Below are positions 40,896-53,103 of a DNA stretch of 64,000 bases, piece after piece (position 1 is the stretch's first letter; every line of letters begins with the position of its first letter). The stretch is taken from positions 930,001 to 994,000 of the forward strand of contig NW_026250403.1 in the NCBI RefSeq assembly GCF_024521635.1, written 5' to 3'. Below the pieces are notes generated by a model. The model did no database searches and was not told the DNA's origin. It was given only the letters and a program-made list of their open reading frames with translations. Both the position numbers and the translations under genes were made by a program. The stretch comes from Tricharina praecox (Eukaryota).

Positions 40896-41355
40896 ATGTG
40901 TACCGGCCTCTTCTCCCGCTTCCGCCGCAAGCAGCCGGCACCCGCATCGGCACCTACCCCCGTGTCCCAGCTGGCTCGCCCAGCTGTCTCCCTGCCGGCA
41001 GCAACACCAGCGCCGGTCCGGGCCGCTACCGCCCCGGTCCAAGCTCCTCCCGCTCCGGCCTGGGCTATTCCCGCCGCGGCACCCCCGCGCCCGCCGCCGG
41101 CACCCGCACCAGCACTAGCATCAACGCCGGCACCATACCGCGCTCCTCCGGCTCCGGCCCCGGCGCCCGCTCCGGCGCCCGCTCGCCCCGCGCAAACTAG
41201 CCATTACGGAAGTAGCAAGTATGCCCCCCCCCCTTTCCACACACACACGCATATGGAGAGATTAGTGGCTGACCGTTTGTAGTGATCATTCTTCTAGCGG
41301 AGGCGGTGGCGGTGGTGGCTGCGGCGGTGGAGGCGGTGGATGTGGCGGTGGTTAA
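40896..41355 (+). CDS. Small MC-start Pro/Ala-rich protein with poly-Gly/Cys tail (family member C, ~131 aa)
   Basis: Exon 1 40896-41218 MCTGLFSRFRRKQPAP...HYGSS; phase-2 intron GTATGC..GCTGAC..TAG 41219-41282; exon 2 DHSSS-G7-C-G6-C-G3-stop. Confidence 0.78.
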
Positions 41356-42343
41356 TATGTTGAAAGCCTTTCATGTGTGTTGCGACTTCAATGGGATGTA
41401 TACGATCCAGGGGCACGTGGCTGGGCTGTATATTCTAGACATTGCGGAGTGGGTAGATAGGAAGCTTTGAGTAGTTAATATGATCGATTATAACCATAAT
41501 ATGGTGGAGGAGGAAATTTCTGATACCTTTGCCCATCTTAGCAATGCCGGTGAATTTCTTCGTGAGGACCACTGCGGATGTGCTTTGCTTACCATCATGA
41601 GTACCACCCTGTCGGTGCTATACTTGCGGTGTCGGCAGACCATGAATAGCAGCTCGGCGGGGAATGTAAGTGGGTAGTCGACATCATTCTTGCTCTAGCC
41701 CACACCGAGTGATATCTGTTTGGAACTGGCGTGTAGAGTGAGAGCGAGAGACGGTACATATTAACAGCCGTCCGCTGCGGACTCGGCTTTGAGAGGTTTG
41801 GGGAGGGTATTGTTGTTATCATTTGCGTACTCGGTCAGTTGATTTCGTGTTTGGTGAGGAGGAATCTTGGTGTGGAGACATAAGGGAGCTTCGCAACTTG
41901 GAATCCGAGAGGTAGTTTTGGCGCGATACCAAGCAATACATACCAAATTAGGAAATCATCAAGATTCTTCGGAATTGATTGATCCATCCGACTTTTAAGG
42001 CGTAAACCTCTTGGCGAATTAAATGAGCTGCGATCTTCACCTTCCGCCAGTCGCAGCTTCGGGCCGGTGATTGCAGAGGAATAGTGTTTTTGACCCTAGA
42101 GACAATATCATGTTCGGTGCTGATTCAGTCCCTTCTTCTGAACGCTGTGTGTCTTTGAATGACACTGCATGGAACATGAATGGGTCTACTGAGAAGCCAT
42201 GCCTCAGGGTTGCGTTCCCGCGCATCCCCGTTAGCTACCATTAGCTCGTAGCGGCTTAACCGACGTCACCTCCACCCCACCTCCGAGCTTCCCCCCGCAA
42301 CCTCAACCAACACCACAGTTTCTACCGTCCTCCACATAGCGTC

Positions 42344-42818
42344 ATGGTATGTCTCCCACCCCTTCCCCATCCCACCCGCTAACCTTCACTCCCAGGCCTC
42401 CGAAGCGCGCCTCTACCAATTTTCCCCCGAAACGACTGCGCGCCTCCGGAAATTCCGGCTCACCACATCGCGCGCCAAAACGCCGCAGGCAATCATCCTC
42501 AGCATCGACAAGAAGACTTACGAAGTCGTGCCGGCAGCGGACGTCCTGGTGAGCCTGGAGGATGTGGTCGATGAGCTCCCCGAGCATGCGCCGCGATTTG
42601 TGCTGCTGAGCTACCCCATCACTCTGAAGGACGGCAGGAGTGCCGTGCCCTATGTCATGCTCAGCTGGATGCCCGTGACGGTCGGCAGCGAGCTGAGGAT
42701 GATGTATGCGGGCGCGAAGGAGCTGGTGAGGAATACGGCGGAGGTCGGGAAGGTCATCGATGTGGCGGAGGAGGAGGAGGTGTTGGCTGTGCCCGAGGTG
42801 CTGAAGGAGCATCAATAG
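42344..42818 (+). CDS. AIM7: Glia maturation factor / ADF-H family actin regulator
   Basis: ATG-only exon, intron 42347-42395; MASEARLYQFS...LRKFRL, ELPEHAPRFVLLSYP, RMMYAGAKEL. Confidence 0.9.
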
Positions 42819-43398
42819 TTAGACGTGCGGGGGATATCCGGTGGGCCTTGCTTTGCTTTGCGCATGAGGAGGGGGAGGAGTATTCAATGACAATTACGTG
42901 CTTGATGGCTCTACTTTTGCTTGTTCTTCCACGGCCTCGCTAGATGCCTGTTGTCCTTGGTGTTGTCATCCGCGAGCAAGTCTCGTCCTCGGTCAACGGT
43001 GAGAAGCTCCCCCTCATTCCCAGCGTCATAACTGGACTAATAATCCCTAGAGACCATGTAAACTACAAAAACAAGCAATTCACCTCTCCGCTAGCCCGTA
43101 CTCATACCCGGAAGTAACGATCCATGGCCACTATATCCCTTCCCGGATTTACTTCGGCCGTAACTTCCCCGAAATATACTCCGGATAAAGAGTCCTACCA
43201 TACTACAACCCACAAAAATACAGCAAAGAACATGCCTAGGCATCACCAATTCAGGCACCGTCTAATCTAGGTCTTGATGTAAACAAGCTTTGCGATCCAT
43301 ATCCTCGGCATCCAACATCCGGGGTAATAACGTGAGCGTAGATCCGGGGGATGTGGGGTATGTGGGGGAGGAGTAGGAGTAGGAGTAGGAAGTAGGAG

Positions 43399-43406
43399 TA
43401 TAAATA
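43399..43406 (+). promoter_or_regulatory. Putative TATA box of the CE12 esterase gene
   Basis: TATAAATA about 70 nt upstream of ATG 43471, preceded by a (GAGTAG)n tract. Confidence 0.5.
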
Positions 43407-43470
43407 CCTACGCCGCCCACCCACTTCTTCCCGCTGCCCCAGTGCAGTCTCGGTAGCCACAATCGTTATC

Positions 43471-44417
43471 ATGCAGGCCTCAATCCGTCTCCTCCTCGCC
43501 GGCCTCGTGCTGCAATTGGCCTCCGCCGTACCAACACGGACCACGCCCACCGTCTTCCTGTGCTCCGATAGTACGGCTGCCAACTACAATCCCGCGACGA
43601 CACCTATCCAAGGGTACCCCTCCCCCCGCCAAATCCACCCTCCATATTACTTTCCCAAATCCTAACGCCCCAGCAGCTTCGGCTACTACCTAGGCTCGTA
43701 CCTCTCCGCGAACTTCACGAACCTGGCACGGGGCGGGCGCTCGACGCGGTCCTTCCAGAACCAAGGTCTGTGGGCGCAGCTGCTGTCCTACATCGTGCCA
43801 GGGGACTTCGTAATAATCGAGATGGGGCACAACGACAACGGGACGCCAGGGAGCGGGAGCGACCTGACGAAGGACCGAGCGGTGCTACCGGGTATCGGCG
43901 AGGAGATCATCGTCGTGCAGAACACCACCGGCGGCACGGGCAACGAGACAGTCTACACCTTTGGCAAGTACCTGCGCGGCATGATCAAGGATGTGCGCGG
44001 CAAGGGCGGGATTCCCGTGCTCAGTGGCATGGTCCCCACCATGGGCTGGACGAATGGTACTCTGCAGACGGACTGGCCGTTCACGGGCTGGGCGGAGGAG
44101 ACTGCCGATAGCCAGCACGCCGGTTGGGTCGATCATACGAAATACAGCGTTGCGAGGTTTCAGGCGCTGGGTGAGACCGCCGCTAGGGCGATGTTTCCGC
44201 TGGATAATACGCACACGGATGCGGATGGCGCGATTTGTGAGTTTCTTTCCTGACGAGCGGTGGTGTGCCGAGGGATGGAGGTTAACAGGGTTGGATGTGC
44301 TCTACAGTGAATGCGGAGACTTTTATACAGGGAGTCAAGTGTGCACACACCAAGGAGGCCAAGGAGTTGGGGAAGTGGCTGAGTCCTAAGGGGAAGGCGA
44401 TTAAGGGGAAGTGTTGA
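43471..44417 (+). CDS. Secreted SGNH-hydrolase, rhamnogalacturonan acetylesterase (CE12)-like
   Basis: Signal peptide; block I CSDST, NLARGGRSTRSF, IEMGHND, DNTHT (D-x-x-H); introns at 43614-43676 and about 44237-44307. Confidence 0.9.
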
Positions 44418-44761
44418 TACCCTTGTAAATATGAGTGTCCGCCGCGGCACAGAAATACATTCGGAATTGGCTTCATGATTTATCACACGAAACTTCGTTG
44501 TGCATGATTAATTCAACATTTTACCTGCTCCTAGGCAAGCACATTCCCTTAACTTGAAGGGACAGCTCTTGCGATATTATTCTAATCTAATGAAATGCTG
44601 TATGGAAGAAGTTCAACAAAACACCGGGCTACCGTAGCAAATGAGACCTTCATGTGGCCAACTCAGGGTCAGGACATACCTTAATCAGCTGTGCGAATAC
44701 TCCGTGCGAAAAGGGTGCCAACGAAATTCCAAAGAAGTGCCTAAAATATGATTCATTCATT

Positions 44762-47149
44762 CTAGGACATAACGTCATCATCCTCATGCTTTATTTGTAG
44801 AGACATCTCTGCTTCAGCCATTGCAGACATGAAATCAGATGTGTCCCCTCCACCTCCAGCGTTAAGACCTAATAGTTGGGGATCAATAGTGTTCCCCCAG
44901 CTCTGCTCTTGTGTGAGGTGGTCCGCTTCCGGAACAAAGTCGAAAATCTGCGGGGATTGGTAGCTGAGGGGTGAAGTGTTGTGGTGGGGCTGCAGCTGCG
45001 CTATCGGGAATTCCGTTACCATGGGGCTCTTGATCGGTGGGTAATGCAGCTGCTGGCTTGAGGATGAAAGAAAGGGTACGGGAGGGTAGTAGAGTTGTGG
45101 GGTTGAGAAGTCCATGAACTGCGAGTGCGGGCTTAGGAAGTCCATTTGCGCGGTGGGTTGTTCGAGTGATGCAGTATTGAGTGACGCACTATTGAGTGAT
45201 AGTCGTTTTGTGCCCGAGGAAATTGGTCGCTTGAGTGTTAATGCTGTACCGTCTGAGGCGTAAAAATGAGTCGAACCATCGGCCAGTGTGAGGTCGCTGT
45301 CGTTCCTAAAGCCTTTGTAAAGGTCTAGAGTGAATGGGCGCTTGCGGCGGGATGATGGTTTAGCAATGGGCTTTGAGATTCCTGCCGGCGATTGTGTCGA
45401 TTTCTTGCTCGATGTCGACTTCTTTCGTGGTTGGAGCTTCGTCGGTAATGGGGCTGGCGAGGTCTCGAGAGTGTCCGCCTGGTAAAGCTCCGGATTCGCT
45501 ATCGGAATGTAACAGTCCTTCAACCAGCACTCGCCGTTCTCAAAGGCAGAATCCGGAATATTCTCTTCGATCTCATACATTATCTTTTCGGCCGTTTTTA
45601 CTGCCCTTTCTGAGTTACGGCCAGTGCCCGGACCGACCAGCTCACCCCTCTTTCCGGCAGCCTCGGCCTTCTTGACGGTTTTCATCGCGAGGCCAGGACG
45701 GCGTCCGCCTCCCCAGTTGGGATCCACGGGTCTCCTCTTTAGTAACTCTATTGCGTCCTCTTTTCTCATATCTGACGGTGCATCATATATGGTCATCTTC
45801 CCCTTCTTCTGCACGCTCAGCCAAACGTAAGTCTGCAGCCGGTCCGCCAGGTTATGAAGGTATCCATCCCACTGCAACTGCAAGACTCGCTTGCAGAATT
45901 CCTCAAAGCAGGTGACCAGCTTTGCGGGAGGGCAAATTACCTGGGGCTCCGTCTTACTGGTATTAGGCTCCTTCGGATGAAACTCCCTGGGCTTGGGCCT
46001 CAGCATTCCGGCACGAATGAGCTGACCTATATCCATGAGGTTCTCCAGGCAGTCGATATGGAGGTAACCAGCGCAAAAGTAAGGATTATTATCGAACCGA
46101 TCTCCACGCGGGAGTCTCCCCAGAACCTCCTCGATCGCGACACGGATGGTGCCGTCGTGGAATCCTCGGGGGCCCTTCTCTTTGCTTCTACAATCCCGGG
46201 CACGACAAAGATTGTAGGTTGAGTGATCGCACGTGAAGATTCCAAAGCCCTTGCAGTTTGCTGGATATTTCTCAAGACGGAACCACAAGTTCTTACCCAG
46301 AGGGTGGTGTTTGACGAAACGGGCGAAGTTGTCCCGATCGAAGAGGACGCCCGGTGCTAGGCGACCACGGGTGTCGTATACGAAGCCTTGTCGGTGCAGG
46401 AACTGTGGGAATACCTCTGGTATCGTGGTGTAGACTTTATAGATGACTTTCTTCCCCTGGGTGTTTATCGCGGCTTGATGGCCTTTAACAGCCGCAGCGG
46501 GACCAGTGTATGGTTTTGGGCGGAACTCTGGGATTAGGTCGGGAAGGGGGCGCTGGTTTGGAAAGAAGCAGCCACCATTGAGAGGACCTCGTTTGTGGCC
46601 TGAAGCAGTAGTAATCAATGGCCCAACTTTCCTCTCTGGCGTGACGAGGTCCGTATTCTTCCTCTGCTTCGACTCGTAATCGCTCTCAGTGTCAGAGTCA
46701 TCTTCTACATCGGGATCGGAATCATCAGCTTCTGCCGGGCCTGGATGTTGCTGTGTTGTGTCCGTTGTGTCCGTTGTGTCCGTTGTGTCCGTGGTTGGTG
46801 CGTTTAACGCACCGCCCATAATTAAATCTTCGACGCCAAAGTAATTACTGTTCTGGGGCAGATGAAGGAGTTGGGAAGTGGGTACATGCGGCGGAGCAGT
46901 AACTTCAAGAGAATGGATACTGTGCTCAAACATGCCACCGCTGTCGCAGAGGTAGTGCTGATGATCTTCACTGACCTGCTGCATAGTCGTTGTCGTCATG
47001 GGCGAAACTTGGACATCCGAACCACCAACAGTATTGTCAGTGCCATGCTCCAAATCAAGCAGGTCCAGAAAGCTGTCGATGTCGAAATCTTCTTCAGTTG
47101 TGTTGTGGGTGTTGCTGTTGGCAGTATTTTGATCGGGGAAGGCCGCCAT
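44762..47149 (-). CDS. Uncharacterised ~795-aa protein with a putative PARP-type-like Zn-finger core and disordered flanks
   Basis: Long intronless ORF; first ATG MAAFPDQ at 47149; CRARDC...GTIRVAI...GYLHIDCL; basic SSRRKRP segment. Confidence 0.75.
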   Translation of the reverse strand: MAAFPDQNTANSNTHNTTEEDFDIDSFLDLLDLEHGTDNTVGGSDVQVSPMTTTTMQQVSEDHQHYLCDSGGMFEHSIHSLEVTAPPHVPTSQLLHLPQNSNYFGVEDLIMGGALNAPTTDTTDTTDTTDTTQQHPGPAEADDSDPDVEDDSDTESDYESKQRKNTDLVTPERKVGPLITTASGHKRGPLNGGCFFPNQRPLPDLIPEFRPKPYTGPAAAVKGHQAAINTQGKKVIYKVYTTIPEVFPQFLHRQGFVYDTRGRLAPGVLFDRDNFARFVKHHPLGKNLWFRLEKYPANCKGFGIFTCDHSTYNLCRARDCRSKEKGPRGFHDGTIRVAIEEVLGRLPRGDRFDNNPYFCAGYLHIDCLENLMDIGQLIRAGMLRPKPREFHPKEPNTSKTEPQVICPPAKLVTCFEEFCKRVLQLQWDGYLHNLADRLQTYVWLSVQKKGKMTIYDAPSDMRKEDAIELLKRRPVDPNWGGGRRPGLAMKTVKKAEAAGKRGELVGPGTGRNSERAVKTAEKIMYEIEENIPDSAFENGECWLKDCYIPIANPELYQADTLETSPAPLPTKLQPRKKSTSSKKSTQSPAGISKPIAKPSSRRKRPFTLDLYKGFRNDSDLTLADGSTHFYASDGTALTLKRPISSGTKRLSLNSASLNTASLEQPTAQMDFLSPHSQFMDFSTPQLYYPPVPFLSSSSQQLHYPPIKSPMVTEFPIAQLQPHHNTSPLSYQSPQIFDFVPEADHLTQEQSWGNTIDPQLLGLNAGGGGDTSDFMSAMAEAEMSLQIKHEDDDVMS

Positions 47150-48271
47150 GGGAGCCGCAGGTGTGATATATCTGATGTGCGGGTATAATTTGCGTAGCAC
47201 TTCCAGAGGCTAGCTTCAAAGGAAGTGATGGAATAAGGATAAGCAAGAAATGGGGGTAATAAAATACCTGGGGAAAAAAGGCAGTACAAAGAAGACAAAA
47301 GAATAGAAAAATTAGGGGATTATGCGGAGGGCGGAGATCAACTCCCAACGGAAAGCACAAGTGAAGAAGATTGATAGACGGTGACGAAAACCAAGGAGCA
47401 AGCTCAACGCCAGCAACATGGAAACGCTTATGTTCTTATATCGCCTATATTGAACGAGGAGCTGTCAGTTCATCTTGACACATGAGAAGCCCAACCTCTG
47501 TTTTACTACAGAAGAGTATGCCCTGTCGTTTGTCTGGTTTGACAGCTGGCAGTCAGCAGAATAGCCTAACTTTCCAGTGGTCACTGGTGCTCTATGGCCC
47601 ACTGTGGACATGGCGGTCATGTGGCCGAACAAAGAACCCGCCCAGAAGATTATCAGATTTGTTCCACAGGGGAAGCCCTGAAACCTTGACATCAACCATT
47701 AAAGAAGCTGTCATATAAGGAAGCTGTATCTGCTCCGGAACATGCGGCGTTGAGGCCAATATTGCACAGTGAGTTGCAGGATCTTAACCTCAACTCGAGT
47801 CTTTTAGAAGCTTCAGCAACTTACTAAACCCCCATAACCCATTTAGTTGCACGCCCGCAATAACCACGCATGAACGGAATGGCTTCGAGATAGGCCAGGT
47901 CAGTATTTTATCGGGTGGTACGAGACATTAGCATCCAAGACCGTCCAAAAGCCCATAGTTGAAACAAATAAGGTACCTGTTACATGACAGGGCTGATGTC
48001 ACATACGTCCGTGCGTTGCGTCACGACGGGTTGTCGCCGAGGGTAGCATGAGTAAGTGAGGTGGTTCAGCGAGCGTGTGATTAGTGGCGCCCAGGACACT
48101 CAAGCCACCGGCGTCAGGAGTTAGAACTCACCGATTAAATCACTGGAGGAGTACAGTGATGGCCAGACATATATCAAAGCGAGTACCATTCTGATATCTA
48201 ATTGGAATCTGAAAGAAGACATTCGACTGAAGGAAAGCGGTACAGATTTGTGATGCCAAAAATCCACTATC

Positions 48272-51200
48272 CTACTCATCTTCCATCTCCTCATCGCTGT
48301 CATCATCAGGAAGCTTGATGAAATCCTCGTCCGCACCTCCATCTAACCCGCCTCCTCCATCTCGCCTGGCGTCCATCAGGTCCTCCACCAAATCCTCCAA
48401 TTCCGTAACATCATGAGTTCTAAGCTCCTTTTCCTCACTCATGATGGATAACAATTTCCGGGATTCCTCCAACTCCAACGTGCACTGTAACTTCGTAAAT
48501 GCCATCATTACGAGTTCTATCCTCGCCGTTAGCCGTATCCTAGCAAAGTGGGAGGGAAAGACAAACCTTTTGACCATGGGCAATGCTTAATTCCCCGTGA
48601 GAGTATATCTTTGGCTCGGCGGTATTCTTTGTGTCTGATCTCAAACTCGACGAACATCATCCACAACTGAACGCTATGTCGAGTTCTATTGCACTCCACC
48701 GCACGCTCAAAGAGGTGCCTGACGGCATGGACATTGTAGTGCTGTGCCATCCGCATCTCCGCCCACACGGCAAAGAGCCAGCCTGCGACGGTCTCGTTGC
48801 CATCTTTGAGGACGCGATCTCTGATAACAGTTCGCAATCGGTTTTCGATTTTCGTTCTACTCTCATTCCAAGCGTAGAGAGACAAAAATGCCATGTTGTG
48901 GGGAAATATCTCGAGTGCAGCTTCGAGATGGGATCTCAGCGTTGCCGGCTTGAAAGGCCTCGCGGTCGTAGAGTGCATATAAACCAAGCGTACTTTGCGG
49001 AGTAGGCAGAGCTCGCAAAAGTGGGACGTTGGCCCAGTCAATGAACGTCGGCCCAGCTCGGAGGTGAACCCATCGTACACAGCAATAGCAGCATCAAGGT
49101 TGTTACCACCAGCTAGGTACTCGAGCAGCGCTCTCAAGTCATTATACATCCCCGCATGTTCGTTGAGCTTGATAGACAGCATGGTATGCTGCTGGTATTC
49201 GAGGTACTGGCCGCCATATCGTTAGTAATTTCCAGCACAAGGGGCATTACACTAACCTTTCTGCACTTAAGAAGCAACAATTTCGACACATTGCCTGGCC
49301 CAGGACCATTCTCATCATTCTCATCACTCCCGAGCAGTTCCCCGCTCTCAATTGAAAGCAATAGGCGAATAGCTCTTTGAGCGTTTCCAATGAAGAGTTC
49401 CTCCCATATGCATGCATGCCACATGAAAATCTTATTCGGATCTGTGCTTTTCGACGACTCTTTACTGGATGTTGAGAAGATGGATCTTCCTTCCTCGTGC
49501 GTCGAGTCGTGCCACCTTATCTGAGTTACCGCGCCCCATACTCGAATGGTCTTGGAACATAGCGACACGGCTTTGCCAATCCTGCTTGACGGTCAGAGTC
49601 TGTATGAGAAACGATGACAGAGAGACATACCTTTTGGGATCATTTTTCCATATCCACTCAAGATAGTAGAAGCTCCAGGAATCGTCACTAAGCCTCTCCA
49701 CCAGCTTTTCCAGAGTATTTCGAATTAACTGAACCTCATTTGGCGGTAGCGATTTGGCAGAAGAAATCCCATTGAACCAGCCAGTAGACCTGTTGAAAAG
49801 ACTCTCGGAACCAACAGGAAAGTTTCGAAGCTTGAATCCAAACGGATCGTCGCCCATCACTGCCTTTTTCTCCGGTTCCATCCCTTCCCAAGTTATTGGC
49901 AGGGCGTCCCATTTGCTCTGCTCCTTGGGCCAGAACCACAATTCAGACGAATCAAACTTCATTCCTGGTGAGAGGAACACGTCCGCCTCGACCTCACTAT
50001 TTGAACAGTACGGCCCGACCAGAGGCATGCCCCTGAGCATAAGGAAGGCCTCGGCCAGCCGCTTGCGAGAGGTCTCGCTAGAAAAGCTAAACAGGAAAGG
50101 TCTGATGTCTGAGAATAGAATCACTCTGTACGGATCATCGTCGTCAATCTCGTCAATTGTTCTGGCCGGCATACCGGTCTTTCTCGACCATTCAAGCTCC
50201 GCATCCGTCCAAGAGCCGAAAGGATCTCTGGGTTCCAATGGGGGAAGCTGAAGGTCATCTTTGGATGCCTTTGGAGATGTGCCAGTCTCCGCCGCATCTA
50301 CAAACGAAGCCCAACCAAGCGCCTTTTTCTCCCCTATTCTCGGAACCTCACTATCCCAGAATCTTTCAAACACCTCTAGAATCATTTCAAACTCAAGTTG
50401 AGATGTGGGAGGCGTCAGGTTAGTGGGATGAAATAGATTGAGTTCCAGCATTGCTTGGAGAGCTGCGATGGCGCTCTCTCGGTATCCGGATTCAGACATG
50501 AATAGTATAGTGCGAGTGAAGACGTAGACAATAACCTCATCAAGTGCTTGCCTATCCAAGCTTCCGACACCCGCCCTGAAAGCTGCAGTTCTCAAAACCG
50601 CAAGGCATTCCTCATAGCACTTCAGGCACTTAGGATAAGAGAACGAAAGAAAATCAGTCTGTCGAAAGTCGATGAACTTCCTCCACAGATTGATCTGCGA
50701 TGGATTTTCCTTGAGGATTTCGTTCCACTTTGAGAGCAGCTTTTGTGGAGGCAATATTTCCTGAGCAACGTCCATATATTTGGAGAGCAAGGCTTCATGG
50801 CCAGGGTTCTTGTTCAGTGCCTTCTGCAGGATGTCCAACTGGACTTCCGCTGTGCTTCGCTTCTCTGCAGCTGTCTTGCGCCTCCCTGCGCCACTTATGA
50901 TCGTGTCGTGATGACCAACATACGCCAGCCACGCTTCGGCATTCCTGGGCTCTGCCTCGACCTTCCGCGCAAACTCAACCATTGACTTCCGATCACCCCA
51001 GTCCCCGCCAGTCGAAATGTAATCAGCCTCCGATGCAGAGTCTGATGCATACTCTAAATCCATATCGTCTGGGCGAGTAGAGGGTTTCTTCAGGCCCTCG
51101 ATGCTTCGGTAATGATCCCATTCTTTATCCGAGTCGTCGGATCCCACGTCTTCGCCGCGGTTCTTCCTCTTTTTGGTTTCGATTGTCAAGGGCACAAAGT

Positions 51201-52148
51201 CCATATTTCTCGAGAACGCTTCATCCAAGCCCGTCTCGTCCTTCTTAATCCGTAGTCTCCTGGATTCTTTGTTTGCTAACTTTGAGAATGCTTGGCGCAT
51301 AGCTCTCACGGATGAATCTTCTCCTCCGGCGCCGCCGCCGCCGCGGGTGCTGAGTACCATGACCTTTCCATCTCCCTTAGCCCTGTCGATTCTAAGATTC
51401 GGCGAGAGCCCCACGATGCGGCCACTGCCACCGCGATGGTAGTCTGGTATAGAGTATCGGTGCATGGTGCCATAGACTAGATTGAATTCATCGCCCTTCG
51501 TATCCACAAAATATTGCTTCTGAGGGGCATCTCGGGGTTCCTCTTTTCCCTCTTCTGGATAATATGCGGTGTCCCTTGGTATCAGTGAGGTAGTTGTTGT
51601 CCCCGCCTCTCGTGACCTGGACCTCCGACGCCGCCGCGCTGTGTCGTCTTTCTCACGATCATGGCCGCGCCGCGAGTGGGATGTCCTCTCTTTGGAATCG
51701 CCGTGGCGGTGTCGTCGTTTGCGTTGCTCGTCGTCGGTCCTGTCATTGTCCTTGTCCCGTTCGTGGTGCACTCTCTTGTGCTTGTGCTCGCGGCTCTGCG
51801 ATCGGTGACTTCGATAACCACGCCTACCCTCGTCCTTCTCCTTGCCCCGAGAGGGTCCCTCCCTCTTCTCCCTCTTCTTCTCCCTCTCTCTGATAGTTTC
51901 GTCTGGAGTCTCTTTTGTAGCGAGAGTTGGAGTTGCTGTGGTCGGTCGCGGCTGCAGAGCTTTGAAGCTCGAAAACTTCGGGATTGTGCGAGTCGACGAC
52001 TGCGGCGACACCCCTTCTAGTTAGTTAGGTGCTCATACATGCCCCCAGGAGGAATATAGGTGCCGGAAGACGTGAATACCTCTGTGGCCGCCTCTTTTCG
52101 ATTCTCTGCCTTCCCCTCCTCTCTTGCAGCATTAGGTGATGTAGACAT
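48272..52148 (-). CDS. NRDE2: NRDE-2 family protein (nuclear RNAi/splicing/MTR4-associated)
   Basis: DTKGDEFNLVYG...IPDYHR, FWDSEVPRIGE, DDPYRVILFSDI, HAT-like repeats, CPWSK; inferred exon 1 MSTSPNAAREEG spliced onto SSTRTIPKFSSF. Confidence 0.9.
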
Positions 52149-53103
52149 GATGTGACGTTTTCCGTTGGAGGTTTTGGTGTAACGAAGAGAGGCTGATCAA
52201 CGATGCCCCTTAAACGTACGCACAATATTGATTCTATTCAGCGGAGTCGGATATTGGGACGAAAACTGAGACTAGGGCTCCTCTACATCTTTTCTCTATC
52301 CGTATGTCTTTCTATGCATTATCTAATAATACTGAGTGACTAGCTATGATCCCACTGAACGCGTTGTTGGTACTTTACTAGTAGAAGGGATTTTCCATCT
52401 AGATTTCTTGCTCCCTCGCTTGCCCTGCCCCCTCCTCTTCTTTAAGTACAGCCCAGACGACTCACCACCACCCACCCACCTACCCACCTGATCTTCACCA
52501 ACAACTGACGTGAACATCACCAAACTCTCGCATCTTTCTTTGAATCCCCTTCTCCTTCCTCCTGCTCGGCGCTTAACCCTAACTCACTTTGCTGTCTCGC
52601 AAACTTGCCCTCATCTGTGCGACACCATCGCGTTTCTTGACATCGTCCGGCTTCTTCCCTTCGTCCCCGCCGCCTCTCTGGACCTCGCAAGGTACAACTC
52701 AAAACAACGAAACAACCACCCACAACACCTTCTTACACCAAATCCTTCCCATCCGCAGCGAAACGAACTCAACCACCGACAATCACCAAACTCCGCCCCC
52801 AAAACATCGACACGACAACCTACAGTACTAACCCCTAGCTAGCTCTCGAAAGAAACGCAAAAGGAATTTACCTGCCATCCAAGTTCAACGCGTCGTTAAG
52901 GTCGACCTACCAGCTCTGGCCTGTTGTTGCTGCAGCCTCACAGTGCCCGAATATCACCTTTTCACACCCGCTCATTCATGTCACTGGTGGTCCCGACATC
53001 TCGAGCTTCTATTCTTCGTCCGTTGAACGAGTCGGTAGACTTTGACGAAAATCCAGACACCCCAGGAACAACATACTCCTTCCAAGACCAGAGCTCGAAA
53101 CCC

